Below, one piece after another: positions 9,489 to 18,501 of a DNA stretch of 64,000 bases; the first letter of the stretch is position 1; every line of letters starts with the position of its first letter. The DNA lies in contig CAZSKP010000001.1 of the NCBI GenBank assembly GCA_964607485.1, positions 64,001 to 128,000 of the forward strand, given 5' to 3'. Source of the DNA: an uncultured bacterium (GTDB taxonomy: Bacteria > Abyssobacteria > SURF-5). The notes beneath the pieces are model-generated. The model was not told where the DNA came from. It saw only the letters and a program-made list of their open reading frames with translations, and did not search any database. The translations under genes were made by a program, and so were the position numbers.

Positions 9489-10427
9489 GTGGATAAGGCC
9501 GATGCCATAAGGGTCCTGATCGTTGACGACGAAGAGCGCTTTCGCGCCAACACCGCCGCCATCCTCAATCGGCGCGGCTTTGTAGCGACGGCCGTCGGCA
9601 GCGGGATCGAAGCAATACAGGAGATCAAGAAGCAGCCGTTCGACGTCGTCATCCTCGACGTGAAGATGCCGGGCATGGACGGACACGAGGCGCTGCGCGA
9701 GATCAAGAAAATCCGGCCGGAGCTCGAGGTGATCATGCTCACGGGCCACGGCACGCTCACCTCGGCGCTTGTCAGTCTGCGCGGCGGCGTGTTCGACTAT
9801 CTCGCCAAGCCGTGCGACATCGATGTCCTTGCCGCGAAGGTCCGCAGCGCTTATGCGAAGGAAAAAGGATTGGCGGAAGTGGAGCGTCGCGCGAGAGACA
9901 TCATGGTGCCGCTCTCCTCGTTCAGCGCCGTCCACGACGACCAGACCGTGGCCGGGGCGATTCAGGTGATTCTTCGTTCGTTCAAGACGATCATGAGCAC
10001 GGCGACAGTGCACGAGACGGTGCACCGTTCCACGCTCATACTCGACAGGAACGACAACGTCATCGGCGTGCTCAGTTTTGCCGACCTCCTGCAAGGCCTG
10101 CAGCCCGTCTATATGCGGCTCCTCAAGGAGCGGCCGCCGCTGGCCGACTCTTTGCACCTGGAACCGTTCAGCTATTCAGGAATGTTTACGATTATGGTGC
10201 GCGACCTGGCCAACAAGCGGGTCCGCGACCTGATGTCAGAGGCGCCTCCCGATATCGACGCCGACGCGAACCTGATGGAGGCTGCAAGCCGGCTGTTGGT
10301 GCTGAGAGTGCCGCGGATGCTGGTCATCGAGGGCGGGAAGACAATCGGCGTTCTTCGGGAACAGGACCTCTTCTTCGAGATAGCGAGGATCGTAGGGGAG
10401 CGTGAGGGGGAAGAGAGGGACTCATAG
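9489..10427 (+). CDS. Response regulator with C-terminal CBS domain pair
   Basis: SD GGGAGG then GTG; REC motifs; CBS motifs ARDIMVP, IGVLSFADLL, VRDLMSE, IGVLREQDLF. Confidence 0.9.
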   Translation: MDKADAIRVLIVDDEERFRANTAAILNRRGFVATAVGSGIEAIQEIKKQPFDVVILDVKMPGMDGHEALREIKKIRPELEVIMLTGHGTLTSALVSLRGGVFDYLAKPCDIDVLAAKVRSAYAKEKGLAEVERRARDIMVPLSSFSAVHDDQTVAGAIQVILRSFKTIMSTATVHETVHRSTLILDRNDNVIGVLSFADLLQGLQPVYMRLLKERPPLADSLHLEPFSYSGMFTIMVRDLANKRVRDLMSEAPPDIDADANLMEAASRLLVLRVPRMLVIEGGKTIGVLREQDLFFEIARIVGEREGEERDS

Positions 10428-10498
10428 AAACCACGAACATGAATGGAAGTTCCGTCGACGCCCGGGGCGCCGAAGATTTCGAAAGGAGTGAGAACGCC

Positions 10499-10936
10499 AT
10501 GAGCAAGCAAAAGAACATCCGCGTACTGATCGTGGACGACGAGGAGCGCTTCCGCACGACGGCAACGGCCACGCTCGCAAAGCGCGGTTTCGATGTCAAG
10601 GCGGTGGAGGGCGGAGCCGAGGCGCTCGAAGAGATACGGAAGGATGCGGTCGATGTCGTGGTGCTCGACGTCAAGATGCCCGGCATGGATGGAAACGAGG
10701 CCCTCCGAGAGATGAAGATACTCCGGCCGGACCTCGAGGTGATCATGCTCACCGGTCACGGCACCGTGGACTCGGCCCTCGAAGGATGGCGTGACGAGGC
10801 GTTCGCGTACCTCACAAAGCCGTATGACATGGAATTGCTCGCGGAGAAGATTCGCGACGCATACGGCAAGAAGAAGGGACTGGACGGGACAGTGTGGTAC
10901 TCCGTATGGTCTAAGGACCAGCCTCCCGGACATTGA
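10499..10936 (+). CDS. Single-domain response regulator (CBS-less paralog of flanking REC-CBS genes)
   Basis: SD AGGAG; VDDE, VLDVKMP, LTGHG, TKP. Confidence 0.92.
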   Translation: MSKQKNIRVLIVDDEERFRTTATATLAKRGFDVKAVEGGAEALEEIRKDAVDVVVLDVKMPGMDGNEALREMKILRPDLEVIMLTGHGTVDSALEGWRDEAFAYLTKPYDMELLAEKIRDAYGKKKGLDGTVWYSVWSKDQPPGH

Positions 10937-10990
10937 CCACGCGTCGCCGGCCCGGAAGAGCGGCGGATTGTCCTTATTGGAGCATCGGAC

Positions 10991-11932
10991 ATGGAAAAGG
11001 ACGAAACAGTTCACGTTCTCGTCGTAGACGATGAGGACCGTTTCCGGATCACCACTACGGTCAGCCTCAAGAGGCGCGGGTTTGCCGTCAGAGCCGTGGC
11101 TGGCGGCGACGAAGCCATCGAGGAAGTGAAGAAGGGCGACGTGGATGTCGTAATTCTCGACGTGAAGATGCCCGGCATTGACGGGCACGAGACCCTGCGG
11201 GAGATACGGCGCCTCAGGCCGGGTATTCAGGTGATAATGCTGACCGGATATGGGTCGGTCGGTTCGGCGCTGGAGGGCTGGCACGAGGGAGTGTTTGCGT
11301 ATCTGACGAAGCCGTCGAGCATCGATTTCCTTGCAGAGAGAATCAGGGAGGCGTACGCGAAGAAGAAGGGCGCCCCATGTGAGGAGCGCCGAGTGAAGGA
11401 CATCATGGAGCCGCTGTCGGCGTTCATCAGCACGGTTCGCCGGGACCAGTCGGTAGCCGAAGCCATTCAGGAGATGCACCGTTTCTTTGCACACACCATT
11501 GCGGCCACGAAACGCAAAGAAGCCCTGCTCCGTTCTCTGTTAGTCACGGATGAGCGGAGCAGGGTCATCGGTGTGATCGGTCTCACCGACCTCCTGCGCG
11601 GACTGCAGCCGTCCTGCATGCGGTTGCCCGACGACCGGCCGGCCGCGGCGGATACGACGTACCTCGACCCGTCGAGCTGCCTGGGAAACTTTGCCACGAT
11701 GGTCCGCGGCCTGGCCACGAAGAAGGTCGGGGAACTGATGTCGGAGAGGCCCGCTACCATCGACGCCAATGCCGGTCTCATAGAAGCCACGAACCGGCTC
11801 TTATCGCTCAGGGTCCATAGTCTGTTGGTGATGGATGACGGCGAGGCGGTGGGAGTGGTCAGGGACAAGGACCTGTTTCTGGAAATGGCGAACATCGTGA
11901 GAGAGCGTCCTGCGGAGGCCGGGGCCTCATGA
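10991..11932 (+). CDS. Response regulator with C-terminal CBS domain pair
   Basis: REC motifs; VKDIME, IGVIGLTDLL, VGELMSE, VGVVRDKDLF. Confidence 0.9.
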   Translation: MEKDETVHVLVVDDEDRFRITTTVSLKRRGFAVRAVAGGDEAIEEVKKGDVDVVILDVKMPGIDGHETLREIRRLRPGIQVIMLTGYGSVGSALEGWHEGVFAYLTKPSSIDFLAERIREAYAKKKGAPCEERRVKDIMEPLSAFISTVRRDQSVAEAIQEMHRFFAHTIAATKRKEALLRSLLVTDERSRVIGVIGLTDLLRGLQPSCMRLPDDRPAAADTTYLDPSSCLGNFATMVRGLATKKVGELMSERPATIDANAGLIEATNRLLSLRVHSLLVMDDGEAVGVVRDKDLFLEMANIVRERPAEAGAS

Positions 11933-12017
11933 TGAACCACGGACGCCTCAGGCTCGACCGGCATGGCGTGTCCGACCGTTTCTTGATCGGCCTTTGGCCA
12001 AGAGAGAGGAGCCAACC

Positions 12018-12707
12018 ATGAAAGCGCCGGCGTTCAACAACAAGACCTACCAGGTGGATGCGGGTGGGTTTCTGACGGACCCCGAGCAATGGGACGAGGA
12101 TTTTGCGGCTAGGCTCGCGCCGGAATTAGGAATTCCCCACGGACTGACGGAAGAGCACTGGAAAGTCATCCGCTTCATCCGGGGGACGTATGAGCGAGAA
12201 GGGAGATGCCCGCTGATATTCACGACCTGCAGGGCCAACGACCTTCACCTCAAGGACTTGCAGAAGCTCTTTCCCGCCGGGTACTTGCGAGGGGCCTGCA
12301 AGCTCGCGGGCATCACGTATAAGGAGGCGTGCTTCGCTCCGGGCCTCGTTTCGATAGGAGACCGGACCGCCGCTCCACGAGCCGCCGAGGAGGGCCGCCG
12401 CGCCGTTCCTCCCGTGGCCGAGAAGACCTATACGATAGACACGCAGGGATTCCTCGTGAATCCCGACGACTGGGACCAGCGGTTTGCGCTGCTCAAAGCG
12501 TACGAGATGGGGATTTTGGAGACATTCTCGAACAGGCATTGGGAAGTCATCTACTTCATTCGCGACAGCTATGACGAGAACGGTGTCGTCCCGACGGTGT
12601 ACGAAACCTGCGAGGCAAACAACCTGGACATCGAGAGTCTCGAAAAACTCTTCCCTCACGGGTATCACCGCGGCGCGATCAAGATGGCCGGTCTGAGGGT
12701 CCGATAG
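12018..12707 (+). CDS. Tandem (two-domain) DsrC/TusE-family sulfur-relay-like protein
   Basis: Two copies of DxxGFLxxPxxW...HWxVIxFIRxxY...LxKLFPxGYxRGAxKxAG; SD GAGGAG. Confidence 0.88.
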   Translation: MKAPAFNNKTYQVDAGGFLTDPEQWDEDFAARLAPELGIPHGLTEEHWKVIRFIRGTYEREGRCPLIFTTCRANDLHLKDLQKLFPAGYLRGACKLAGITYKEACFAPGLVSIGDRTAAPRAAEEGRRAVPPVAEKTYTIDTQGFLVNPDDWDQRFALLKAYEMGILETFSNRHWEVIYFIRDSYDENGVVPTVYETCEANNLDIESLEKLFPHGYHRGAIKMAGLRVR

Positions 12708-12785
12708 ATGATGCCGTTCCGGGTTCGCGGAACAGAGGGCAGCTTGTCTTCGGAGACATGGAGACAGGAAGGAGGAAGAGTGCAA

Positions 12786-13184
12786 ATGAACGCCCGCAAA
12801 TCCGTGCTTTTCGTCGATGACAACAAGGAGTTTCGAAAAGCGATGAGAAAAGTGTTCGAGAGGTCAGGCTACGCATTCACAGAGGCCTGCGACGGGCTGG
12901 AGGCGCTTGCTCTCCTTTCGCAGAACAGGTTCGACCTCATCCTTTCCGACCTCAGGATGCCTAACCTGGACGGAATGGGACTGATGGAGGAGCTCAGCAG
13001 GCAGGAGCTGGACGTGCCCGTTATCTTCATCACGGCATACGGAGACGTCGAGTCGTACTTGGAGCTGATGAACATGGGCGCTTACGACTACCTTAACAAG
13101 CCCTTCGGCACGGAGGAGATTCTCAGCGTCGTCGGAAGCGCACTCGATACACACAGAACTCCGCTCCACAGCCCGAGCCGCTGA
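12786..13184 (+). CDS. Single-domain response regulator
   Basis: FVDDN, LSDLRMP, ITAYG, NKP. Confidence 0.92.
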   Translation: MNARKSVLFVDDNKEFRKAMRKVFERSGYAFTEACDGLEALALLSQNRFDLILSDLRMPNLDGMGLMEELSRQELDVPVIFITAYGDVESYLELMNMGAYDYLNKPFGTEEILSVVGSALDTHRTPLHSPSR

Positions 13185-13217
13185 CCCCCACACGGGCCGG
13201 ACAGCGGGCCCATTTCC

Positions 13218-14543
13218 TCAAAGGTCTTTGATGCGGGCGTTCTTCGAGGAGTTTGCCAGAACACCCCGGAAGCTGTCGAGGGATGAAGATATTTTCTCCA
13301 CAGCTTCAGATTCAACAAGAGGGACAGCGGCGACGCCGCTGTTTTCAAGTCGGTCCACAACTCCCTGGAGCGTCAGGTTGTCAATGTCGAGTGCCGGCTG
13401 GTAGGAAGGCACCTTTCCTTCATCACCGCAGATTTCAGAGAGAATTCCCGCCTCAATCAGTTCAAAGACGGTCTGGTTTACCAGTCTTATGGGGGTCTTC
13501 AGCTCTTTCGAGATGTCGTCGGCCGTAGGAGATGGAAGCCCCTCGCGGAACTTCCTGACACACAAATGCGCGACGGCGAGCGTGACCAATCGCTTGAACG
13601 CCGGGCTGATTTTCATACAATCCTGCTCGAACTCGTACGTCCCCACGTTCTGGTGAGCGAAGGAGACCTCGGCCCCGTAGAGCAGTATCAACCAGCTCAA
13701 CTGCAGCCAAATCAAGAAGAGGGGCAATGCGGCGAAGCTTCCGTAGATGGCGTTGTAACGATTAATCCCGATCTGAAACGTGATGTAGGCCCACTGCACA
13801 ATCTGGTAGATAGTACCCGCCAGAATCCCGCCCAGCAAAGCCGAGCGCGCGTTCACTTTTCCGTTGGGCAAGAAGAGATATACGAAAGCAAAAAGTCCCC
13901 ACAGGAGACCGAAAGGAAGTACTTTGAGCAGAATCAGGATGGGCTCGGCAATGAATGCAAGGTAGCTGTGAGTTAACAGAATGTTCTTAACCTGGCTGCT
14001 CACTGCGACAGTCATGCCTCCCGCCATTATGAACAAAATCGGAGCGATAAGCATGAATGAAAGATAATCGCTGAACTTGCGTGTCCAGCTTCGCTGCTTT
14101 TTGATGCCCCAAATTTCGTTGAACGACCGCTCCATGTTTCCCAGCACTTTGATGACCGTCCAGAAAAGGAATACCACGCCGATGCCGGCTATCAGGCCTC
14201 CCTTTGTGTTGTCGAGCATATTGCGCGCAAAAATGATAGCCCGGGAAACTACTTCCTCATGTCCGTGAAACTGCTCTCTGACCCGCTCTTCGAGGACATG
14301 ATCGAACCCGAAGCCTTTTGCAATTCCGAAGGCCATGGCCAGGATCGGGACGATGGAAAGCAGAGTGTAGAAGGTCAACGCGGAGGCCCGCAGCGTGCAC
14401 TTGTCTTTGTCGAACCCTTTGACGGATAAGGTGATCACTCGCAGCAGCTTGATCCATAGCGACCTTCGCCGCGGTTGCTCGTCCAAACGGATACGCCACA
14501 GATCCTCACGGAGAAACTTGTGTAATTCACGCGGCTTCACCAT
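13218..14543 (-). CDS. YihY/BrkB-family inner membrane protein with C-terminal wHTH-like extension
   Basis: ASALTFYTLLSIVP, FNEIWG, YNAIYGSFAALPLFLIWL..LxGAE motifs. Confidence 0.92.
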   Translation of the reverse strand: MVKPRELHKFLREDLWRIRLDEQPRRRSLWIKLLRVITLSVKGFDKDKCTLRASALTFYTLLSIVPILAMAFGIAKGFGFDHVLEERVREQFHGHEEVVSRAIIFARNMLDNTKGGLIAGIGVVFLFWTVIKVLGNMERSFNEIWGIKKQRSWTRKFSDYLSFMLIAPILFIMAGGMTVAVSSQVKNILLTHSYLAFIAEPILILLKVLPFGLLWGLFAFVYLFLPNGKVNARSALLGGILAGTIYQIVQWAYITFQIGINRYNAIYGSFAALPLFLIWLQLSWLILLYGAEVSFAHQNVGTYEFEQDCMKISPAFKRLVTLAVAHLCVRKFREGLPSPTADDISKELKTPIRLVNQTVFELIEAGILSEICGDEGKVPSYQPALDIDNLTLQGVVDRLENSGVAAVPLVESEAVEKISSSLDSFRGVLANSSKNARIKDL

Positions 14544-14647
14544 CTCTTCACCTCCGCACAGAAGGGACGTTCACGCGCGGTTCACCTGCCCTTCTCGCGA
14601 GCGTAGTCTCTTAGTTCTTGTCCCCAGGCCTACTGCTCCCCAGAAAT

Positions 14648-17008
14648 TTACTGCCGCGCCATGGCTTGTTTCATTTCGGCGCTTGAATCCTGTGTCGCCT
14701 CGCCGTCAACGTCCACGGTAACGCTGTGAATCGTTCCCGTGAACGCGAACGGCGCTGTGAGTTCGGGAGTTATCGGGGCGCCCGGCAAAGCGCCTACGCT
14801 GACTCCGCCGGATAGTCCCATCGAAAACGGAGTGGTGAACGGCATATCGAGCTGTCCGGCCGGTTTGCCATCGATGTAGAGCGTACCGCGTCCCGGCGCG
14901 CCTTTTCCTCCGGCCAAATCCGGCTCTCCCGTCGGTTCGAACACGTATCGCAACTGGTGGCGGCCTTCGGGAACGCCGTCGTTTGACTCGACATGATAGA
15001 TAACTCTGGCGACGTAGTTATGGGCATAGTGAAGTTTTCGGTTCTTCACAAAGACCACGTAGCCTCCTTCATTGTCGCCATGACACAGCAGCACGCCTTC
15101 GGCGCCGCCCTTGGGAATTTCGACGTCGGCGGTGATGCTGTGCGGCCGATTGAGCACCCTCACGCCGGCGAAGGTCGGCACCGGCTGTGTGTCGGGGTAG
15201 TAAACATACTTCTTGCGTTCAGGAGCGACCAGCGGACGCTCTACCAGCACCCGTATTATGCCCCGGCTGTCGATGGGCAGCACGTTGTACTTGCCCGCCT
15301 CGACGTACCACTGTGCGATCATCTCGGTGAGCTTGCCGGGTTCCTTGTCGGCCAGGTTATGGTTCTCCGCGAAGTCCTCTGTAACGTGATAGAGTTCCCA
15401 ATGCTTTGCGTCGAGCTCCGTCAGCGTCTCGGCATACATTGGCGCGCCGAAAGGCATGCCCGCCTCCGTAAACGATGTGCCCGGCCACGGGCAGACCGCG
15501 CGCCAGCCGTCGTGGTAAATCGAGCGATGGCCCAACATCTCGAAGTACTGCGTGTGATGCCGGGAGGAAGCGTCTGCATCGTCAAACGTATGCGCCAAGC
15601 TCACGCCTTCCATGGGCGACTGCGTGACACCTTTGATAACCGTCGGCGGCTCGACGCCCAACGCTTGCAATACCGTCGGCGTCATGTCGGTCGCATGGGC
15701 ATACTGCGTGCGGATTTCTCCCTTCGCTTTGATGCCTTTCGGCCAATGCACAATGAACGGGTCGCTGATGCCGCCGCGATAGGTCTCTCGCTTCCAGCGG
15801 CGGAACGGCGTGTTGCCCGCCCATGTCCATCCCCAGGAGTAGTGGTTGAAGACCTCCGGCCCGCCCAGTTTATCGATAAGCTTGAGGTTTTCCTCGAGGC
15901 TCTCGGGCACATTGTTGAAAAAGAGATTTTCGTTCACCGAGCCGGTGGGGCCGCCCTCGGCGCTTGCGCCGTTGTCTGAGAGCACCATGATGATGGTGTT
16001 CTCAAATTCGCCGATGCTCTTGAGGAAATCGAGGAGGCGGCCGATGTGGTGGTCGGTGTGCGTCAGGAATCCGGCGTACACTTCCATCATGCGCGCGTAC
16101 AATTTCTTTTCTTCGGCCGAGCATTCATCCCACGGTTTCACGTCCGGGTCGTGGCGGGAAAGCTCTGTTTCCTTGGGAATGATGCCCAGCTCTTTCTGTC
16201 TGCAGAACACCTTCTCGCGGTATGCTTCCCATCCGTCGTCGAACTTGCCCTTGTATTTGTCGGCCCATTCCTTCGGAACATGATGGGGCGCATGCGTCGC
16301 GCCGGGGCAGAAGTACATGAAGAATGGCTTGTCGGGGGTCACCTGCTTGGCGTCGGCGATGAAGCTGATGGCCCTGTCGGCGAGGTCCTCCGTCAAATGA
16401 TAGCCTTCTTCGGGTTTCTTAGGTGGGCTGACGTGGTGGTTATCGTACGTCAGGTCGGGATAGTACTGATGTGTGTCTGCGCCAAGGAAACCGTAATAGC
16501 GCTCGAATCCGCGCCCCAAAGGCCATCGATCAAACGGTCCCGCGGCGGAGAGCTGATCGGGCGGCGTCAGGTGCCACTTGCCGACGGCAAACGTGTTGTA
16601 GCCGTGCTGCAAGAGAATTTCCGAGAGAAATCCATTCTCGAACGGGATGTTTCCGTTGGAGCCCGGATATCCCATCGACCCTTCGGTGATGCAAGCCATC
16701 GCATTCGAGTGGTGGTTGTGACCGGTCAGAACGCAGGAGCGCGTGGGCGAGCACAGCGCCGTGGTGTGCATATTGTTGTAGCGCAGGCCGTTGGCAGCGA
16801 GGCGGTCGAGATTCGGCGTCTCAATCGGGGCGCCATAGCAACCGATTTGGCCGAAGCCGGTGTCGTCAAGGATGATGAACAACACGTTAGGCGCGCCATC
16901 CTTCGCGCGCGGCGGCATCGGCCATGCGGGTGTCGAGACCTCAAACGTACGCCCCATCACTCCGGGGAATGCGGTTCCAGGCTTGTACTCTCTCAGACTC
17001 ATCATCAT
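14648..17008 (-). CDS. Arylsulfatase (Cys-type, ~780-aa long form), no signal peptide evident
   Basis: PNVLFIILDDTG, LCSPTRSCVLTG (CxPxR), GKWHL, SDNGAS, WELY. Confidence 0.95.
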   Translation of the reverse strand: MMMSLREYKPGTAFPGVMGRTFEVSTPAWPMPPRAKDGAPNVLFIILDDTGFGQIGCYGAPIETPNLDRLAANGLRYNNMHTTALCSPTRSCVLTGHNHHSNAMACITEGSMGYPGSNGNIPFENGFLSEILLQHGYNTFAVGKWHLTPPDQLSAAGPFDRWPLGRGFERYYGFLGADTHQYYPDLTYDNHHVSPPKKPEEGYHLTEDLADRAISFIADAKQVTPDKPFFMYFCPGATHAPHHVPKEWADKYKGKFDDGWEAYREKVFCRQKELGIIPKETELSRHDPDVKPWDECSAEEKKLYARMMEVYAGFLTHTDHHIGRLLDFLKSIGEFENTIIMVLSDNGASAEGGPTGSVNENLFFNNVPESLEENLKLIDKLGGPEVFNHYSWGWTWAGNTPFRRWKRETYRGGISDPFIVHWPKGIKAKGEIRTQYAHATDMTPTVLQALGVEPPTVIKGVTQSPMEGVSLAHTFDDADASSRHHTQYFEMLGHRSIYHDGWRAVCPWPGTSFTEAGMPFGAPMYAETLTELDAKHWELYHVTEDFAENHNLADKEPGKLTEMIAQWYVEAGKYNVLPIDSRGIIRVLVERPLVAPERKKYVYYPDTQPVPTFAGVRVLNRPHSITADVEIPKGGAEGVLLCHGDNEGGYVVFVKNRKLHYAHNYVARVIYHVESNDGVPEGRHQLRYVFEPTGEPDLAGGKGAPGRGTLYIDGKPAGQLDMPFTTPFSMGLSGGVSVGALPGAPITPELTAPFAFTGTIHSVTVDVDGEATQDSSAEMKQAMARQ

Positions 17009-17333
17009 TTCTCCTTACGTGTTGCTGTTGTGTAGATAGTGTAAGCCGGTTTCCATAATGGGAGAGAAGCCGGGCTTGTGCTCCACTCTTATTGTCACGG
17101 CAAAATGGGAGAAAGGATAGCCACAGAGAAGTATAGCTCATATCTTGGAGCGCTTCAAGCGAAGGTCGAAAGAGCCACTTTGTCCACAACAACTCGGCCC
17201 CGCTTTCGGCTTCTGAACCATAAGGCCACATTTGAACATCCTAATGGGCGATATGTTGACTCTTAAGGTGTCGGGAATAGTGCAGATTTCGCCAAGGAGT
17301 GTATTGTACCTTTTGTTTTTGCGAAATCCCCGA

Positions 17334-17363
17334 TTGACAAACTTTCTCTCCCGCATGTATCAT
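17334..17363 (+). promoter_or_regulatory. Putative sigma70 promoter for the TAXI-TRAP operon
   Basis: TTGACA-N18-TATCAT. Confidence 0.6.
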
Positions 17364-17448
17364 TATGTCGCCACAAATTATAAGGAAATGTCTTTCACCT
17401 GGTGTTGCCAATCGCGAACGTGGGGCGCCGCCCCAAGAAATGGTCAGT

Positions 17449-18411
17449 ATGATGAGGAAGCTCTTTAAGCCCATAAGCGCCATCTGTATTGCCCTGCTGC
17501 TATCCGGTACCTTAAGCATTGAGTCGTTCGCCGAAGTCTACAGATTCTCCGGCGGCCCGGCCGGGGGGACCTTTCAGTACTACGCAAGTGCAATTTCCAC
17601 CCTTTCCAGAAAGCACGGAATGAGGGTGTTGGCAAGTTCTTCCGGCGGCTCTATCGAAAATATCAGACTTGTCAATGCGGGAAAATCCGATTTCGCCGTG
17701 GCATATTCGGGACACGTATACCAGGGAAGAAACGGGTTGATGGAAGGCGACCCGGCGAAATACGAAGATGTTTTGGCCGTGGCATATCTCTATGGCGCTC
17801 CTGCTCAATTGATAGTGAGGGCGAACTCGGGCATTAGGAGTGCAAGAGAGCTTGAGGGCAAGAGAGTAGGGGTCGGAAACGCAGGGTCCGGCGCTGCGGC
17901 CAATGCCGAGATTTTCTTCTCAGAACTCGGCATCTGGGACAAAATCGAGAGAGACTTCTTGGGGTACCGGGAGGCGGCGTCTGCTTTCAACAACAGGCAA
18001 TTGGATGCATTTTGGGTATTTGCGGGTTTTCCGAATGCCTCAGTGATAGAGGCGGCGCTCCAGAACAAGATCAGGTTGGTCAATGTGTACACCGATGCTG
18101 AAGAAATCGGAATGTTTAAGAAATATCCCTATTTCTCGAAGGCAACCATTCCTGCCGGCGTCTATAAGGGTGTGACGAGAGAAACTCTCACCTTCGACGA
18201 TTCGGCGTTGTTGGTGGCTAACAGCAAAGTGCCTGCCGACGTGGTCTATTCACTCCTGAAGACTATCTTCAGCAAAGAAGGGCTCGCGCACATGGTGGAG
18301 GTGCACAAATCGGCAAAAGCGATGAGTATCGAAAATGGGCTCAAGGGGATTGTCACGCCTCTTCATCCCGGCGCCGAAAGATTCTGGCAGGAGAAAGGGA
18401 AGCTCAAATAG
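17449..18411 (+). CDS. TAXI-family TRAP transporter solute-binding protein
   Basis: Signal peptide; GPAGGTFQ, SGGSIENI, GKRVGVGNAGSG, PLHPGAERFWQE. Confidence 0.93.
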   Translation: MMRKLFKPISAICIALLLSGTLSIESFAEVYRFSGGPAGGTFQYYASAISTLSRKHGMRVLASSSGGSIENIRLVNAGKSDFAVAYSGHVYQGRNGLMEGDPAKYEDVLAVAYLYGAPAQLIVRANSGIRSARELEGKRVGVGNAGSGAAANAEIFFSELGIWDKIERDFLGYREAASAFNNRQLDAFWVFAGFPNASVIEAALQNKIRLVNVYTDAEEIGMFKKYPYFSKATIPAGVYKGVTRETLTFDDSALLVANSKVPADVVYSLLKTIFSKEGLAHMVEVHKSAKAMSIENGLKGIVTPLHPGAERFWQEKGKLK

Positions 18412-18431
18412 GAGCGACATTGCAATAGGAG

Positions 18432-18464
18432 AAAAGGCAGTGGGGTTGCCTGCTGCCTTTTTTT
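18432..18464 (+). terminator. Stem-loop plus U tract between binding protein and permease (partial terminator or mRNA stabiliser)
   Basis: AAAAGGCAGTGGG-GTTG-CCTGCTGCCTTTTTTT. Confidence 0.6.
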
Positions 18465-18501
18465 GTTTACCTCACGGGTTGTCTGAGCAGGGGTTGAGCG
18501 G

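Noticed and set aside
10172-11494. Long antisense or alternative-frame ORFs (also 23714-25162, 25235-26668, 29435-30838, 41127-42809, 52932-54167, 63256-63924)
   Set aside because: They shadow well-supported genes, lack motifs and are expected in GC-rich DNA.
12018-12707. Evidence that the organism is a dissimilatory sulfate reducer
   Set aside because: There are no dsrAB, aprAB or sat genes in the window and the DsrC homolog is non-canonical, so this cannot be concluded here.
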